Below are positions 18,082 to 25,777 of a stretch of DNA of 31,484 nucleotides, one piece after another. Source of the stretch: a virus. The translations under genes and the position numbers were made by a program. How positions within the stretch are numbered: position 1 is the first letter of the stretch; each line of letters starts with the position of its first letter. The notes below the pieces were generated by a model. It was not told where the DNA came from. It ran no database searches and worked only from the letters and a program-made list of their open reading frames with translations. The stretch lies in the IMG/VR virus record IMGVR_UViG_3300045988_071496; one strand, 5' to 3'.

Positions 18082-18399
18082 CTATTCACCGCCCAGCCGG
18101 TCAATAAGCGCTTTCGCTTGGTTCACGCCAAGGCCGCCAACGCGCTTGCTTTCGGATATGCCCAACTCGCGCATGAGCGCTTGCGTTTTCTTGAAGCCAT
18201 AGCCCGGCAGCGCATTGATCATCTGTTTCACTCGCATACCGGCAGCGGCCTTGTCGTGGCTGTCGGCGAAGTAGATAACATCTGAAACGGTGTACGTTCC
18301 GTTGGCCAGCTTTGCGCGAATGTCGGCACGCTCTTTGCGCATCTTCATAGCCTTTTTAAGGTTGGCTTTCCTTTGCTCTTCTGTCAGTTCAGGAATCAT
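18082..18399 (-). CDS. hypothetical basic protein, possibly DNA-binding (HhH-like)
   Basis: 105 aa with a Lys/Arg-rich N-terminus and a GYGFKKTQALMRELGI...GLGVNQAKALIDRL helix-hairpin-helix-like segment. It has an AAGAAAGAGGG RBS. Confidence 0.3.
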   Translation of the reverse strand: MIPELTEEQRKANLKKAMKMRKERADIRAKLANGTYTVSDVIYFADSHDKAAAGMRVKQMINALPGYGFKKTQALMRELGISESKRVGGLGVNQAKALIDRLGGE

Positions 18400-18539
18400 C
18401 GTTTTGCCCTCTTTCTTTACGTGTGTCTGATAATTACTTCTTATCAGTCACTAGCTGTTTTCCTTGAACGCCGAATCGGCGGTGCATCTGCGCTTTTAAG
18501 GCGGTGCGCGATGCGTGCGCGAAATGTGCCGTTGCAACA

Positions 18540-19745
18540 TCATTGCAACACCTCTTCGATGGTTGCCGTGGCTTCCATAGCCGCTTGCTCGAAGATGCTT
18601 GCGGCGTATGCGTCGCGCCCCGGCAGCACGTGCGCGTAGATGCGAAGCGTGGTTGCTTCGTCGGCGTGGCCTAAGCGCTCCGAAACGGTTTTCAGGTCAA
18701 CGCCGTGCGTCAGAAGCCACGTTGCGTGCGTGTGGCGCAGATCGTGGAACGTGAAGCCCTCTGGCATTTCCACTTTGCCCGCAAACGTGGTGAACGCACG
18801 CGACACCGAACGCGGGCGCATATAGCCGCCGTCCATCGTGACAATGGGCGCGTTGGCTGGCAGGTGTCCCAAGAACTGCGCCCGCAAGGCCAGAAACGCA
18901 TCAATGGTTTCTATGTCGCTGTCGGTTATGCCGACGTTGCGGCACTTGCGGCCTTTTGTCACGTCGCGACGCCAAGGCTTCTTGCCCTTTTCCTCGATTA
19001 CGGTACCGCCAACGTGAATGTACTTGGCCGCGCCCCTGAACACCTCGCCCGGACGCAAGGCGCACACCTCGCTAACGCGCATACCGGTTCTAAGCGCAAG
19101 CCAAGCCGAAAACGCGTTGCACGCCTTGCGCCATGTGCGCTTGTTTAAAACCTCTGGTTTAAGCAGCGGTTTTAACTGTTCGTCCAGCTTGCGAAAATCG
19201 CCGATGTTGAGCGCTTGGGCTTCGTGTCTTTCAAGCACCGGCTTGTCAACGTCGTACATCGGGTTGAACTCGCAAATGCCAGCTTTCACGAAGAACTTAT
19301 AGGCACCGCGTATGAAGTCATGGACGTTGCGCACGCTGTTTTGGCATAGCCCTTGCCCCTTCTCTTCTTTCGGCATCAATAGCCGATCTTCAAAGCGGAT
19401 GAAGTCAAGCGCGTGCATATCGCGTGCGTTGGCCGTCGGCAGGAACTTGCGAACGTAGCCGGTGAACGTCTTGTAGCTTCGTATGCTGTTCGGGCTTGCG
19501 CCCTTGCGAAGCCGCATCGCCGTGTAATCGTCCAAAATGTCAGCAAGCAATGCGCTTCTTACGCGCCCGTCGGCGGTGAGGTTGGCAGCCCAGATGTTCG
19601 CCAACTCCTGCGCTTCTTCTTCGGTTTTCGCGTTCGGAAACTCTTTGTATGGCTGAATAGGCTTACCGGCGGGCGTGCGCCCAAGATAAGGGCGCACGAA
19701 CCACACTTCACGCGATGCGCTCCATTTGACCTTGCACGGCTTCAT
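18540..19745 (-). CDS. int: tyrosine recombinase / phage integrase
   Basis: 401 aa. The C-terminus has R...HDLRHTHATWLL...LGHADEATTLRIYAHV (the R-H-R-Y catalytic signature). An N-terminal arm-binding-like domain is present. Confidence 0.85.
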   Translation of the reverse strand: MKPCKVKWSASREVWFVRPYLGRTPAGKPIQPYKEFPNAKTEEEAQELANIWAANLTADGRVRSALLADILDDYTAMRLRKGASPNSIRSYKTFTGYVRKFLPTANARDMHALDFIRFEDRLLMPKEEKGQGLCQNSVRNVHDFIRGAYKFFVKAGICEFNPMYDVDKPVLERHEAQALNIGDFRKLDEQLKPLLKPEVLNKRTWRKACNAFSAWLALRTGMRVSEVCALRPGEVFRGAAKYIHVGGTVIEEKGKKPWRRDVTKGRKCRNVGITDSDIETIDAFLALRAQFLGHLPANAPIVTMDGGYMRPRSVSRAFTTFAGKVEMPEGFTFHDLRHTHATWLLTHGVDLKTVSERLGHADEATTLRIYAHVLPGRDAYAASIFEQAAMEATATIEEVLQ

Positions 19746-19746
19746 G

Positions 19747-20460
19747 CTATGCGCCCATCAGCGCCGGTGCGTCTGCCACGAACTCTGTTTCAGGCTCTTC
19801 AATGCGGTGTGATCTCACCGCGTCGCGCCCATCCATGAAACCTTGCGTTTCGGCGTTGTGCGCATCCCATCCGCACCCAAGCTTCAACGTGGTGTCAACC
19901 GCGGGCAGCGAACTGAAATCAACTTCGTACTTCTCGTTGACCTTTGGCGGAACGACGATCATTAAAGCTTCGGTCTGCTTCTCCAACTCTGATTGAATGC
20001 CAGCAACAAAACCCGCCACATAGGCGTTATAGGTGCCATAATCGGCACCGCGCGAATATCGGGACGCAAGACGGTTGCCGATCTTGTAAAGGCTGTTGAA
20101 CGTCATTGCCGCTGCCGTTGCATCGGTCTTGTAGCCGTAAAACGTTATAAGGTGATCATTGCGCCATCGTGTCTTATGCCAAGCGCGGCGGGTGGTTTCG
20201 TGGTACTTGCAGCGAAACGCAGGCGCTATGACATGCGCAAGATGCCAGCGCCACCGGCGCGGCGCATCGTTGGCGTAAACCTCTTCAATCGGTTCTTCTT
20301 TTGCGGTGTGAATCTCCCATTGCTCAACATCGTATTGAGCAATCAGGCGTTGCGCTGCCAATGCCGCCGCTGCCGCTTCATGCTCGGTTGCCCCTCTATC
20401 CTCTGCAACGGCCATAAGCTTTTTGATGCGCTCAATGATCTTTTCGCGGTCGCTATTCAT
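19747..20460 (-). CDS. DUF2786-like protein
   Basis: The N-terminus (REKIIERIKKLMAVAEDRGATEHEAAAAALAAQRLIAQY) matches the conserved DUF2786 opening. The ATG is at 20458-20460. Confidence 0.45.
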   Translation of the reverse strand: MNSDREKIIERIKKLMAVAEDRGATEHEAAAAALAAQRLIAQYDVEQWEIHTAKEEPIEEVYANDAPRRWRWHLAHVIAPAFRCKYHETTRRAWHKTRWRNDHLITFYGYKTDATAAAMTFNSLYKIGNRLASRYSRGADYGTYNAYVAGFVAGIQSELEKQTEALMIVVPPKVNEKYEVDFSSLPAVDTTLKLGCGWDAHNAETQGFMDGRDAVRSHRIEEPETEFVADAPALMGA

Positions 20461-20785
20461 GGTCAAAACCTTTGGTTTCCGTGGTGGTTTTCGGCTCGAT
20501 TTCATCAATCAGAAAATCAATGCACTGCTGACACTTGCGCAAGTCCTGAACACCGTTCTTGCGAATCCAGCGCCATAGGTACTTGAACGCGCAGCCCCAC
20601 CAGTAAAGCGCGATGGGCGCAAGGTTCACGGCCTTGCCATCGTTGGCGCAGGGCTGCAAGCAATAGCCCGTGCCCATCATCGCCGCCATAGCGTCCTTGC
20701 ACTCAATGCCGCCGCTGGTGTAGTGCCTAGGGTGCGAAACCTCGTCTTTGGCGGCTTCGATCTGCTGCAAGCTAACGTCGCTCAT
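20453..20785 (-). CDS. DUF3310-like phage protein
   Basis: HPRHYTSGGIE...GKAVNLAPIALYWWGCAFKYLWRW matches the HY..GIE...KYL.R pattern of DUF3310. The ATG is at 20783-20785. Confidence 0.45.
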   Translation of the reverse strand: MSDVSLQQIEAAKDEVSHPRHYTSGGIECKDAMAAMMGTGYCLQPCANDGKAVNLAPIALYWWGCAFKYLWRWIRKNGVQDLRKCQQCIDFLIDEIEPKTTTETKGFDHE

Positions 20786-21153
20786 AGCGCCACCCCCAAA
20801 GCCGCGAAGCGCTCTTTGTAGCGGTCTAAATCTGCTGGCAACTCCATGCACCAGTTTTTGTTAAGAACCCCGTCAATCCACGCGTATAAGTCAATTGCCA
20901 CTTGCTCCAAGGTGTCCACATTTGCGCTGTTTTGCGGATAGCTGGCGGCATCGCAGACAATATGGCCGCGTTTGACCTCTACCGTTGGCACTTCGTCAAA
21001 GCGGAAGTTTGCCGTTATGGTCAAATCAGTTAGCAAGCTTGGGTATTCGCCAAGGATGTTTCCGGCGTGATCTTCGATATATCGCCCTGCGCTCTTTATG
21101 GCTTCGATAAAGCCACCGCGCGTGCTTAGATCGCATTCAATCGGGTATGCCAT
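20782..21153 (-). CDS. hypothetical protein
   Basis: 123-aa ORF with coding-like composition in an operon context. I recognise no motif. Confidence 0.4.
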   Translation of the reverse strand: MAYPIECDLSTRGGFIEAIKSAGRYIEDHAGNILGEYPSLLTDLTITANFRFDEVPTVEVKRGHIVCDAASYPQNSANVDTLEQVAIDLYAWIDGVLNKNWCMELPADLDRYKERFAALGVAL

Positions 21154-21156
21154 GCT

Positions 21157-21549
21157 TCACCTGCTTTCATCGGCGGCCATAATTTCGCCGCATTGGTCGT
21201 TCTCGTGGCCGCTGTGGCCGTCTTTTGGTGTTTCTTGGGCTTCTATGCACCTTCTAAGCTTTTTGGCGGCTCTGCGCCTTTCTGCGTTGTACCTGCGCGT
21301 GGCCGCGTGGTGTTCCTTGTCGGCTTTCAGGTGGCAAGGTGCGCATAGGGCAATCAGATTGCTTGGGTCGCAGTTCTCCGGCACGTGGTCTTTGTGATGC
21401 ACCGTCAAGACGTTTTGCCGGTTCTCGCATTTCTCGCCCGGTCTGTAGCACTGCTTGCCGCACTCTTCGCACTTCCAGCCCGCCGCTTCCTTCACGGCCT
21501 TTGCAATCTCTTTCCAATGGGCGGGATAGCGCTTCTTGTCCATCGGCAT
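21157..21549 (-). CDS. HNH endonuclease
   Basis: Motifs are CEECGKQC...LTVHHKDH...NLIALCAPCHLK (the HNH zinc-finger nuclease signature). Confidence 0.7.
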   Translation of the reverse strand: MPMDKKRYPAHWKEIAKAVKEAAGWKCEECGKQCYRPGEKCENRQNVLTVHHKDHVPENCDPSNLIALCAPCHLKADKEHHAATRRYNAERRRAAKKLRRCIEAQETPKDGHSGHENDQCGEIMAADESR

Positions 21550-22070
21550 TAGGATTCACCGCCAACGGCGCTGCAATCTGCGTCATCTAGGAAACCGCCA
21601 AGAAAGCTAAGCACGCGGGCTTTTGACCAGCCGCCACTTGCGCAGACGGCTTGCCGCTGCATTTCTTCGATAAGTTCACGCCTATATGCGTCCATACGCC
21701 CACGGCTGGCGTTCCTCAACTCTTCAATTCTCACTTCAAGGGCGGCGGCGCGTGCCTTTTCCTGCTTTAGGTTGGCTTGAAGCTGCTTTTTGCTCTGCTC
21801 CAAAGGCTCGATCTTTGAAGCGGTGCTTTTCCGCTCTGATTCGCTTTGCCGCGCGAACTCTTCCGCCGCCCGAAGCTTCGTTGCCTTTTCCTGCAACGAT
21901 TCTTCAAGCGTTTCAATGCGGGCTTTCGCGCTGTCAAGCTGCTTTGCAAGATCAAGCTTTTCTTGGTAGGTCGCGTAAACCATCTGTTCAAGTTCTGCGG
22001 CACTCATGCTTGGTTGCTTCGTATCCGCTTCCAATTCCTTTGCCGCTGCGCGTGCGTTGAAAAATCCCAT
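21549..22070 (-). CDS. coiled-coil hypothetical protein
   Basis: A long heptad-like Glu/Lys/Ala/Leu-rich region. The likely start is MGFFNARAA at 22070. Confidence 0.35.
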   Translation of the reverse strand: MGFFNARAAAKELEADTKQPSMSAAELEQMVYATYQEKLDLAKQLDSAKARIETLEESLQEKATKLRAAEEFARQSESERKSTASKIEPLEQSKKQLQANLKQEKARAAALEVRIEELRNASRGRMDAYRRELIEEMQRQAVCASGGWSKARVLSFLGGFLDDADCSAVGGES

Positions 22071-22080
22071 GAGATACCCC

Positions 22081-22545
22081 CTAGCAAGCCAGCGCGGCAG
22101 CGTATGCCGCCGGGTCTGCAATCGCACTGCGCGGAATGCCGCGCGTGCAGTTCATCCACTCTTTGAGCCAGCGCATAAGCGCCCTTAGAAACGGCTGCAC
22201 GTTCTGGTCATCAGCCCAACCGGCAATGCCTATGAAGCCGTCTGCGTTGAAGCTGACCGCTTCACGGCCTTGCCAATAGCGGCCATCAACGCGCAAATAG
22301 GCTTCGTAGATGCCCTTGCCGTCTTGCGCCCGCTCAATGCGCGGTTCGTACTTCTTGCGGTAAGACGGGTGCATGAGCATTGGCAAGCCCTCGTTGGTCG
22401 CAAAGCGCTTGTCGTGCCTTGCGCACTCAATGGCTATGAATCCTTCCAAAGCCCTAACGTCCACCGGCTCAACGTCCGAATAGGTCAAGTTGGCCTTTAT
22501 CGCGTCTTGCACCTGATCGCGCGTCAACTTATCCGATAAGGTCAT
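22081..22545 (-). CDS. hypothetical protein
   Basis: The likely start is MTLSDKLTRDQ at 22545, and it lies within the early operon. Confidence 0.35.
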   Translation of the reverse strand: MTLSDKLTRDQVQDAIKANLTYSDVEPVDVRALEGFIAIECARHDKRFATNEGLPMLMHPSYRKKYEPRIERAQDGKGIYEAYLRVDGRYWQGREAVSFNADGFIGIAGWADDQNVQPFLRALMRWLKEWMNCTRGIPRSAIADPAAYAAALAC

Positions 22546-22747
22546 CACAAGCCCCCTTCGCGTGCTTCCCGTGGCGCTTGCTGATGGAGCCAAGCAAGCC
22601 ATCTTCGGGCGTGCGCTTGTCCTTCCGCGCAAGGTTCTTGCACTTCCAGCACGGTTCACCATCGCTGGCGAACCAATCAAGCGGGCGTTGGTTGCCGCAC
22701 TTTGGGCATTTCCGCGTCTTAACGTGGTTTTCGTAGTGAACTGGCAT
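22529..22747 (-). CDS. small zinc-ribbon protein
   Basis: It has CPKCG...CWKC spacing. It is the first gene downstream of the 300-bp noncoding island. Confidence 0.35.
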   Translation of the reverse strand: MPVHYENHVKTRKCPKCGNQRPLDWFASDGEPCWKCKNLARKDKRTPEDGLLGSISKRHGKHAKGACDDLIG

Positions 22748-22904
22748 GGTCAAAATCTCCAATCTTTCCGAATGTGTAAAACTTTGTGGAAAACGCGTTG
22801 AAAACTGAAATCAACGCTTTGCGAAGATGCGAAAAATCGGTGTGCGCAAGAAAGAAGAAGCAAGAAAGATAACCTTGCTTGTAGATCAACCAAACAAGCG
22901 GGAT

Positions 22905-22946
22905 GGTGGTTTTTTGGGTTGGGTCTGAAAGACCCAAAAAACCACC
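22905..22946 (+). terminator. long imperfect stem-loop followed by a T-rich tract (intrinsic-terminator-like on the plus strand) inside a noncoding island
   Basis: GGTGGTTTTTT (22905-22915) pairs with AAAAAACCACC (22936-22946). A nested hairpin GGGTC-TGAAA-GACCC sits inside. CCTTTTGTTTTGTATTGTTTTGTAT follows, containing a 2x tandem TTGTTTTGTA at 22951-22970. Confidence 0.35.
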
Positions 22947-23058
22947 CCTTTTGTTTTGTATTGTTTTGTATATTGGTTCACCCACCCATTTATGACTGGG
23001 TTTAGCCAACTTAAAACCAATGGTTTTTCTAATCGTGTCTTTCAAGCGCGGCATATCG

Positions 23059-23493
23059 CTATTCACCTGCGCTTTTGGCGGTCTTCTTAGGTCTGCCGCC
23101 CTTGCGTCCGTTCGCCCTTTGCCGCCCGAAGTATTCCGCGTTTTTGTGCATTCGCGGGTTCTCCAAGCAACCTTCTTCATTGGTTTGCAAAAGGCCGATT
23201 GCAAGCAAACCATTTATAAAAGCGGTGGTTTCCTCGATGGTTATAAGTTCGTTGAATTGCCCTGAATCGAAGCCCAAGACTTGACCCAAGATCAACTTAT
23301 CTTCATCGGTCGTGAAGGGCACCGCATGGCCTTTGATGCTTGCCAAGTGTTCGCACATCCGCCACCAACGCCCGTAGCCGTCCCAACCATGGCGCAATAT
23401 AAGGCGCTGGCACTTGATGTCACTTGCAGCGTTGGAATCATGCGGGAAGTACGCCATTGACCCCGCCGCAAGTTCTGCAACGGTGTTAGGCAT
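23059..23493 (-). CDS. DUF4373 (Lin1244/Lin1753-like N-terminal domain) protein, putative replication initiation / replisome organiser
   Basis: The N-terminus (YFPHDSNAASDIKCQRLILRHGWDGYGRWWRMCEHL) matches the conserved DUF4373 opening (YFPHD...GYG..W). The ATG is at 23491-23493. Confidence 0.55.
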   Translation of the reverse strand: MPNTVAELAAGSMAYFPHDSNAASDIKCQRLILRHGWDGYGRWWRMCEHLASIKGHAVPFTTDEDKLILGQVLGFDSGQFNELITIEETTAFINGLLAIGLLQTNEEGCLENPRMHKNAEYFGRQRANGRKGGRPKKTAKSAGE

Positions 23494-23785
23494 CTTCGCC
23501 ACCGTCCGCATCAAGCATGATTTCCAAGTAGATTTCAGCGGCGGTGCCGACAAGCGAAGCAACATACTGCTTGTAGTTGATTGCATCGTCTGGCATATCA
23601 AGGGAAAGCAGCGCTTTGCCCTCTAGCAGTCCGACGATCAACCCGGCCTTGATCGCGTCGCCGTCCGGCTCCACGGGTTTAGCCATGCCGCCCGCAGCGA
23701 TGTTGACAAGCTTAATTTGCGGCTGGCAATTGCTCGTGGTGTCGGCAAGGTTTTGCAGCACTTCGGCTGCTTCTTTCTTCTTCAT
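23486..23785 (-). CDS. hypothetical protein
   Basis: 99-aa ORF in the early operon. Confidence 0.35.
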   Translation of the reverse strand: MKKKEAAEVLQNLADTTSNCQPQIKLVNIAAGGMAKPVEPDGDAIKAGLIVGLLEGKALLSLDMPDDAINYKQYVASLVGTAAEIYLEIMLDADGGEDA

Positions 23786-24240
23786 CGTTCTTCGTCCTTC
23801 CTGTCGAACATTGATTTGCGCGTCTCTATGCGCAAATCGGGGTTGTTTTCAAGCAGCCACCGCGCAAGCAGCGGGGTAACTGTGTTGTTGATGCTGTAGT
23901 GGTGCGTTATGCCGTGCTGGTCGGTGTAGGGCACCGCTATAAGCCTGTAAGCGCTCTCGTAGCGCACGCGCTCAATTAGGTACTTCGTGGATACCCGCAA
24001 GCCGCGCCGGTGAATGGCAAGCGCCGTCAACTCGATTTCGTGCGCCGCCTTGGGATTGACCCGCAACCACTCGTTGAACAACTCGCGGTAGCTTTCCGCT
24101 TTGAGCGGCACCGGGAACACAAAGGCGCGTTCTTGGGCTATGACGGCTTCCATGGGCTGCGTGTAGTCATCGACGTTCATAGCGGTGCTGCCTTTCAAGG
24201 CGTGCCAGCAAGCAATCAAATGCGAAGCGGGCTTGCTCAT
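23782..24240 (-). CDS. hypothetical protein (start 24240 or 24180)
   Basis: 152-aa ORF with an alternative ATG at 24180. I recognise no motif. Confidence 0.35.
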   Translation of the reverse strand: MSKPASHLIACWHALKGSTAMNVDDYTQPMEAVIAQERAFVFPVPLKAESYRELFNEWLRVNPKAAHEIELTALAIHRRGLRVSTKYLIERVRYESAYRLIAVPYTDQHGITHHYSINNTVTPLLARWLLENNPDLRIETRKSMFDRKDEER

Positions 24241-24344
24241 GTGTGGCGGTGAACGGCACCGGCAGCGGATGCCTTACGCGCACCCCGTTGCCCTGCTCAA
24301 TGTAGGCCGTCCAAAAGCCGTTTGCGTTACGTCCGAATGTTCCT

Positions 24345-24626
24345 TTAGGCATGGCGCTTCACCAGCCACACGATCACGGCAGCGTCAACGGCGATGCAAA
24401 GAGCCGTCAGCCAAAGCCCGTAGGTGTCGCCAAGCCAGATTTGGAAGGTGGCAACGGCCATGGGCAGAATGCCGGACATTAAGAGCGCTAGGAAAACGGC
24501 AACGGCAATGCGCTGCCAAAGGCGCGGCCAACGTGCTAAGATTTCTTCGTCAAATTGCGGTCTGCATTTTTGACGTGCAAGCGTGCGGGTACCAGCCGTG
24601 CGCTTGCTTCGTTTTTGCGGCGGCAT
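24345..24626 (-). CDS. small membrane protein (two predicted TM helices at the C-terminus)
   Basis: The C-terminus has two hydrophobic helices (IAVAVFLALLMSGILPMAVATFQIWLG and LWLTALCIAVDAAVIVWLV). The start is uncertain. Confidence 0.3.
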   Translation of the reverse strand: MPPQKRSKRTAGTRTLARQKCRPQFDEEILARWPRLWQRIAVAVFLALLMSGILPMAVATFQIWLGDTYGLWLTALCIAVDAAVIVWLVKRHA

Positions 24627-24720
24627 CGTAAAGCGGTTGCAAGGCTTTGAAAGAAAGCCGCTTGCGTTGCATCCAGCTTGCCGCCCTCGCGGTCGGTAAC
24701 CATGGTTATAACCAATGGTT

Positions 24721-24924
24721 TTAGCGCTGGTTTTCGGCATGGTTCTTCACCTCTTTGTAAAGCCCATCCGTCCAACGCGAAAGCAACCGTTTTGCGCTGG
24801 TCACGCTTTTGCAAGTGCGGCGCTCGGTTTTGCCACCGGCAAACATCCGCAAAACGGCTGTGCCGTCGCTCTTGGCTTGGATGCTCGCATTGCCGCCGTA
24901 CCCGCATTCATAAAAAGTCTTCAT
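24721..24924 (-). CDS. hypothetical small protein
   Basis: 67-aa ORF, the first gene downstream of cro. Confidence 0.3.
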   Translation of the reverse strand: MKTFYECGYGGNASIQAKSDGTAVLRMFAGGKTERRTCKSVTSAKRLLSRWTDGLYKEVKNHAENQR

Positions 24925-24927
24925 CGG

Positions 24928-25155
24928 TTAATCTCCTTTCACTGAATCGAACGAACAAAGATCATTCGGACTACACCCCAGCGCGGCAGCAAGCTTGCAA
25001 GTGGTTTCAAGCGTTGGTGCCATTTCGCCGCGAAGGTATTTGCGGATTGCATCAACCGAAACGGTGGATTTCTCGGCAAGCTGCGGCGGCTTCATGTCCG
25101 CTTCTGCCATGCACACCCGTAGACCCTTCGCAAAGACGCTTTTAAGGTCTGGCAT
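24928..25155 (-). CDS. Cro-like HTH (XRE family) regulator
   Basis: The ATG at 25153-25155 has a strong GGAAAGGAG RBS. The HTH is QLAEKSTVSVDAIRKYLRGE. It is divergent from the CI-like gene. Confidence 0.65.
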   Translation of the reverse strand: MPDLKSVFAKGLRVCMAEADMKPPQLAEKSTVSVDAIRKYLRGEMAPTLETTCKLAAALGCSPNDLCSFDSVKGD

Positions 25156-25182
25156 CGCTTCAACTCCTTTCCTCTCGCCATC

Positions 25183-25265
25183 TGAAAAGTACGGTTTTCG
25201 TACTTCGCTAAGCACTATAACACGGATTTGGTAGATTGAAATAGAAAAGTACGTATTTCGTAGCG
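25183..25265. promoter_or_regulatory. operator/promoter region of the divergent cro / cI switch
   Basis: Palindrome AAGTACG-GTTTT-CGTACTT at 25186-25204. Related half-palindrome AAAAGTACG-TATTT-CGTA at 25245-25262. TTGGTAGA(T/A)TG direct repeats at 25228 and 25281, the second giving TTGGTA...TAGAAT-like -35/-10 hexamers ahead of the cI-like gene. Confidence 0.5.
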
Positions 25266-25312
25266 TTCAATCTTCTAAATTGGTAGAATGTACTTTGTTT
25301 GGAGGTGTCGAA

Positions 25313-25693
25313 ATGGAATACAAACTTAGATTGCGGGAACTTCTCGAAGAAAAGGGAATGACCCAAAAGGCACTTGCGGCAAAGGTTGGCAACACTGAAC
25401 GCGTTGTTGGCACTTGGGTTAGATGCGAAAAACCAATAAGCCTTGAAGATGCTTACCTTGTATGCCTAGCTTTAGATTGCACGCCTAATGATCTGTGCGG
25501 CTGGTATATCGACCACCCGCAAGACCAGAACGGGCAACCTCTCACAAGCGAAGAAAACGAAATAGTAGATTGCTACCGCGACTGCACGCCGCAATGGAAG
25601 CAGAACATTGCAATGACAGCCCGTGCGGCGGCGGGCGAATCGAAAAAGAAAGCCGAAAATAATTTACCTGCCGCCGCTGTCAGGTCGGCATAA
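25313..25693 (+). CDS. CI-like HTH (XRE family) repressor
   Basis: The ATG at 25313 has a GGAGGTG RBS. The HTH is MTQKALAAKVGNTERVVGTWV. A C-terminal region is available for dimerisation. It is the only plus-strand regulatory gene and is divergent from cro. Confidence 0.65.
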   Translation: MEYKLRLRELLEEKGMTQKALAAKVGNTERVVGTWVRCEKPISLEDAYLVCLALDCTPNDLCGWYIDHPQDQNGQPLTSEENEIVDCYRDCTPQWKQNIAMTARAAAGESKKKAENNLPAAAVRSA

Positions 25694-25777
25694 ATAGAGA
25701 AGCCCCGCGCTGGTCGGCAAACTCACGCGGGGCAAACACCCAACCATTAGCAAGGTTATAGGCAAGGTGATTTTATC

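Noticed and set aside
18400-18539. tRNA gene next to the integrase
   Set aside because: I cannot fold a cloverleaf-like arrangement (acceptor stem, T-loop GTTC) from this 140-bp gap or elsewhere in the window by eye. A tRNA scan would be needed to be certain.
22905-22946. The 22905-22946 hairpin as a minus-strand terminator for the early operon
   Set aside because: On the minus strand the stem is followed by AUCCCGCUUG rather than a U-tract. Only the plus strand has the hairpin plus T-run geometry.
22719-23213. 164-aa ORF spanning the AT-rich island
   Set aside because: It runs through the hairpin and tandem-repeat region, overlaps the DUF4373 gene end, and its composition is atypical of the coding regions here. 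It is treated as noncoding.
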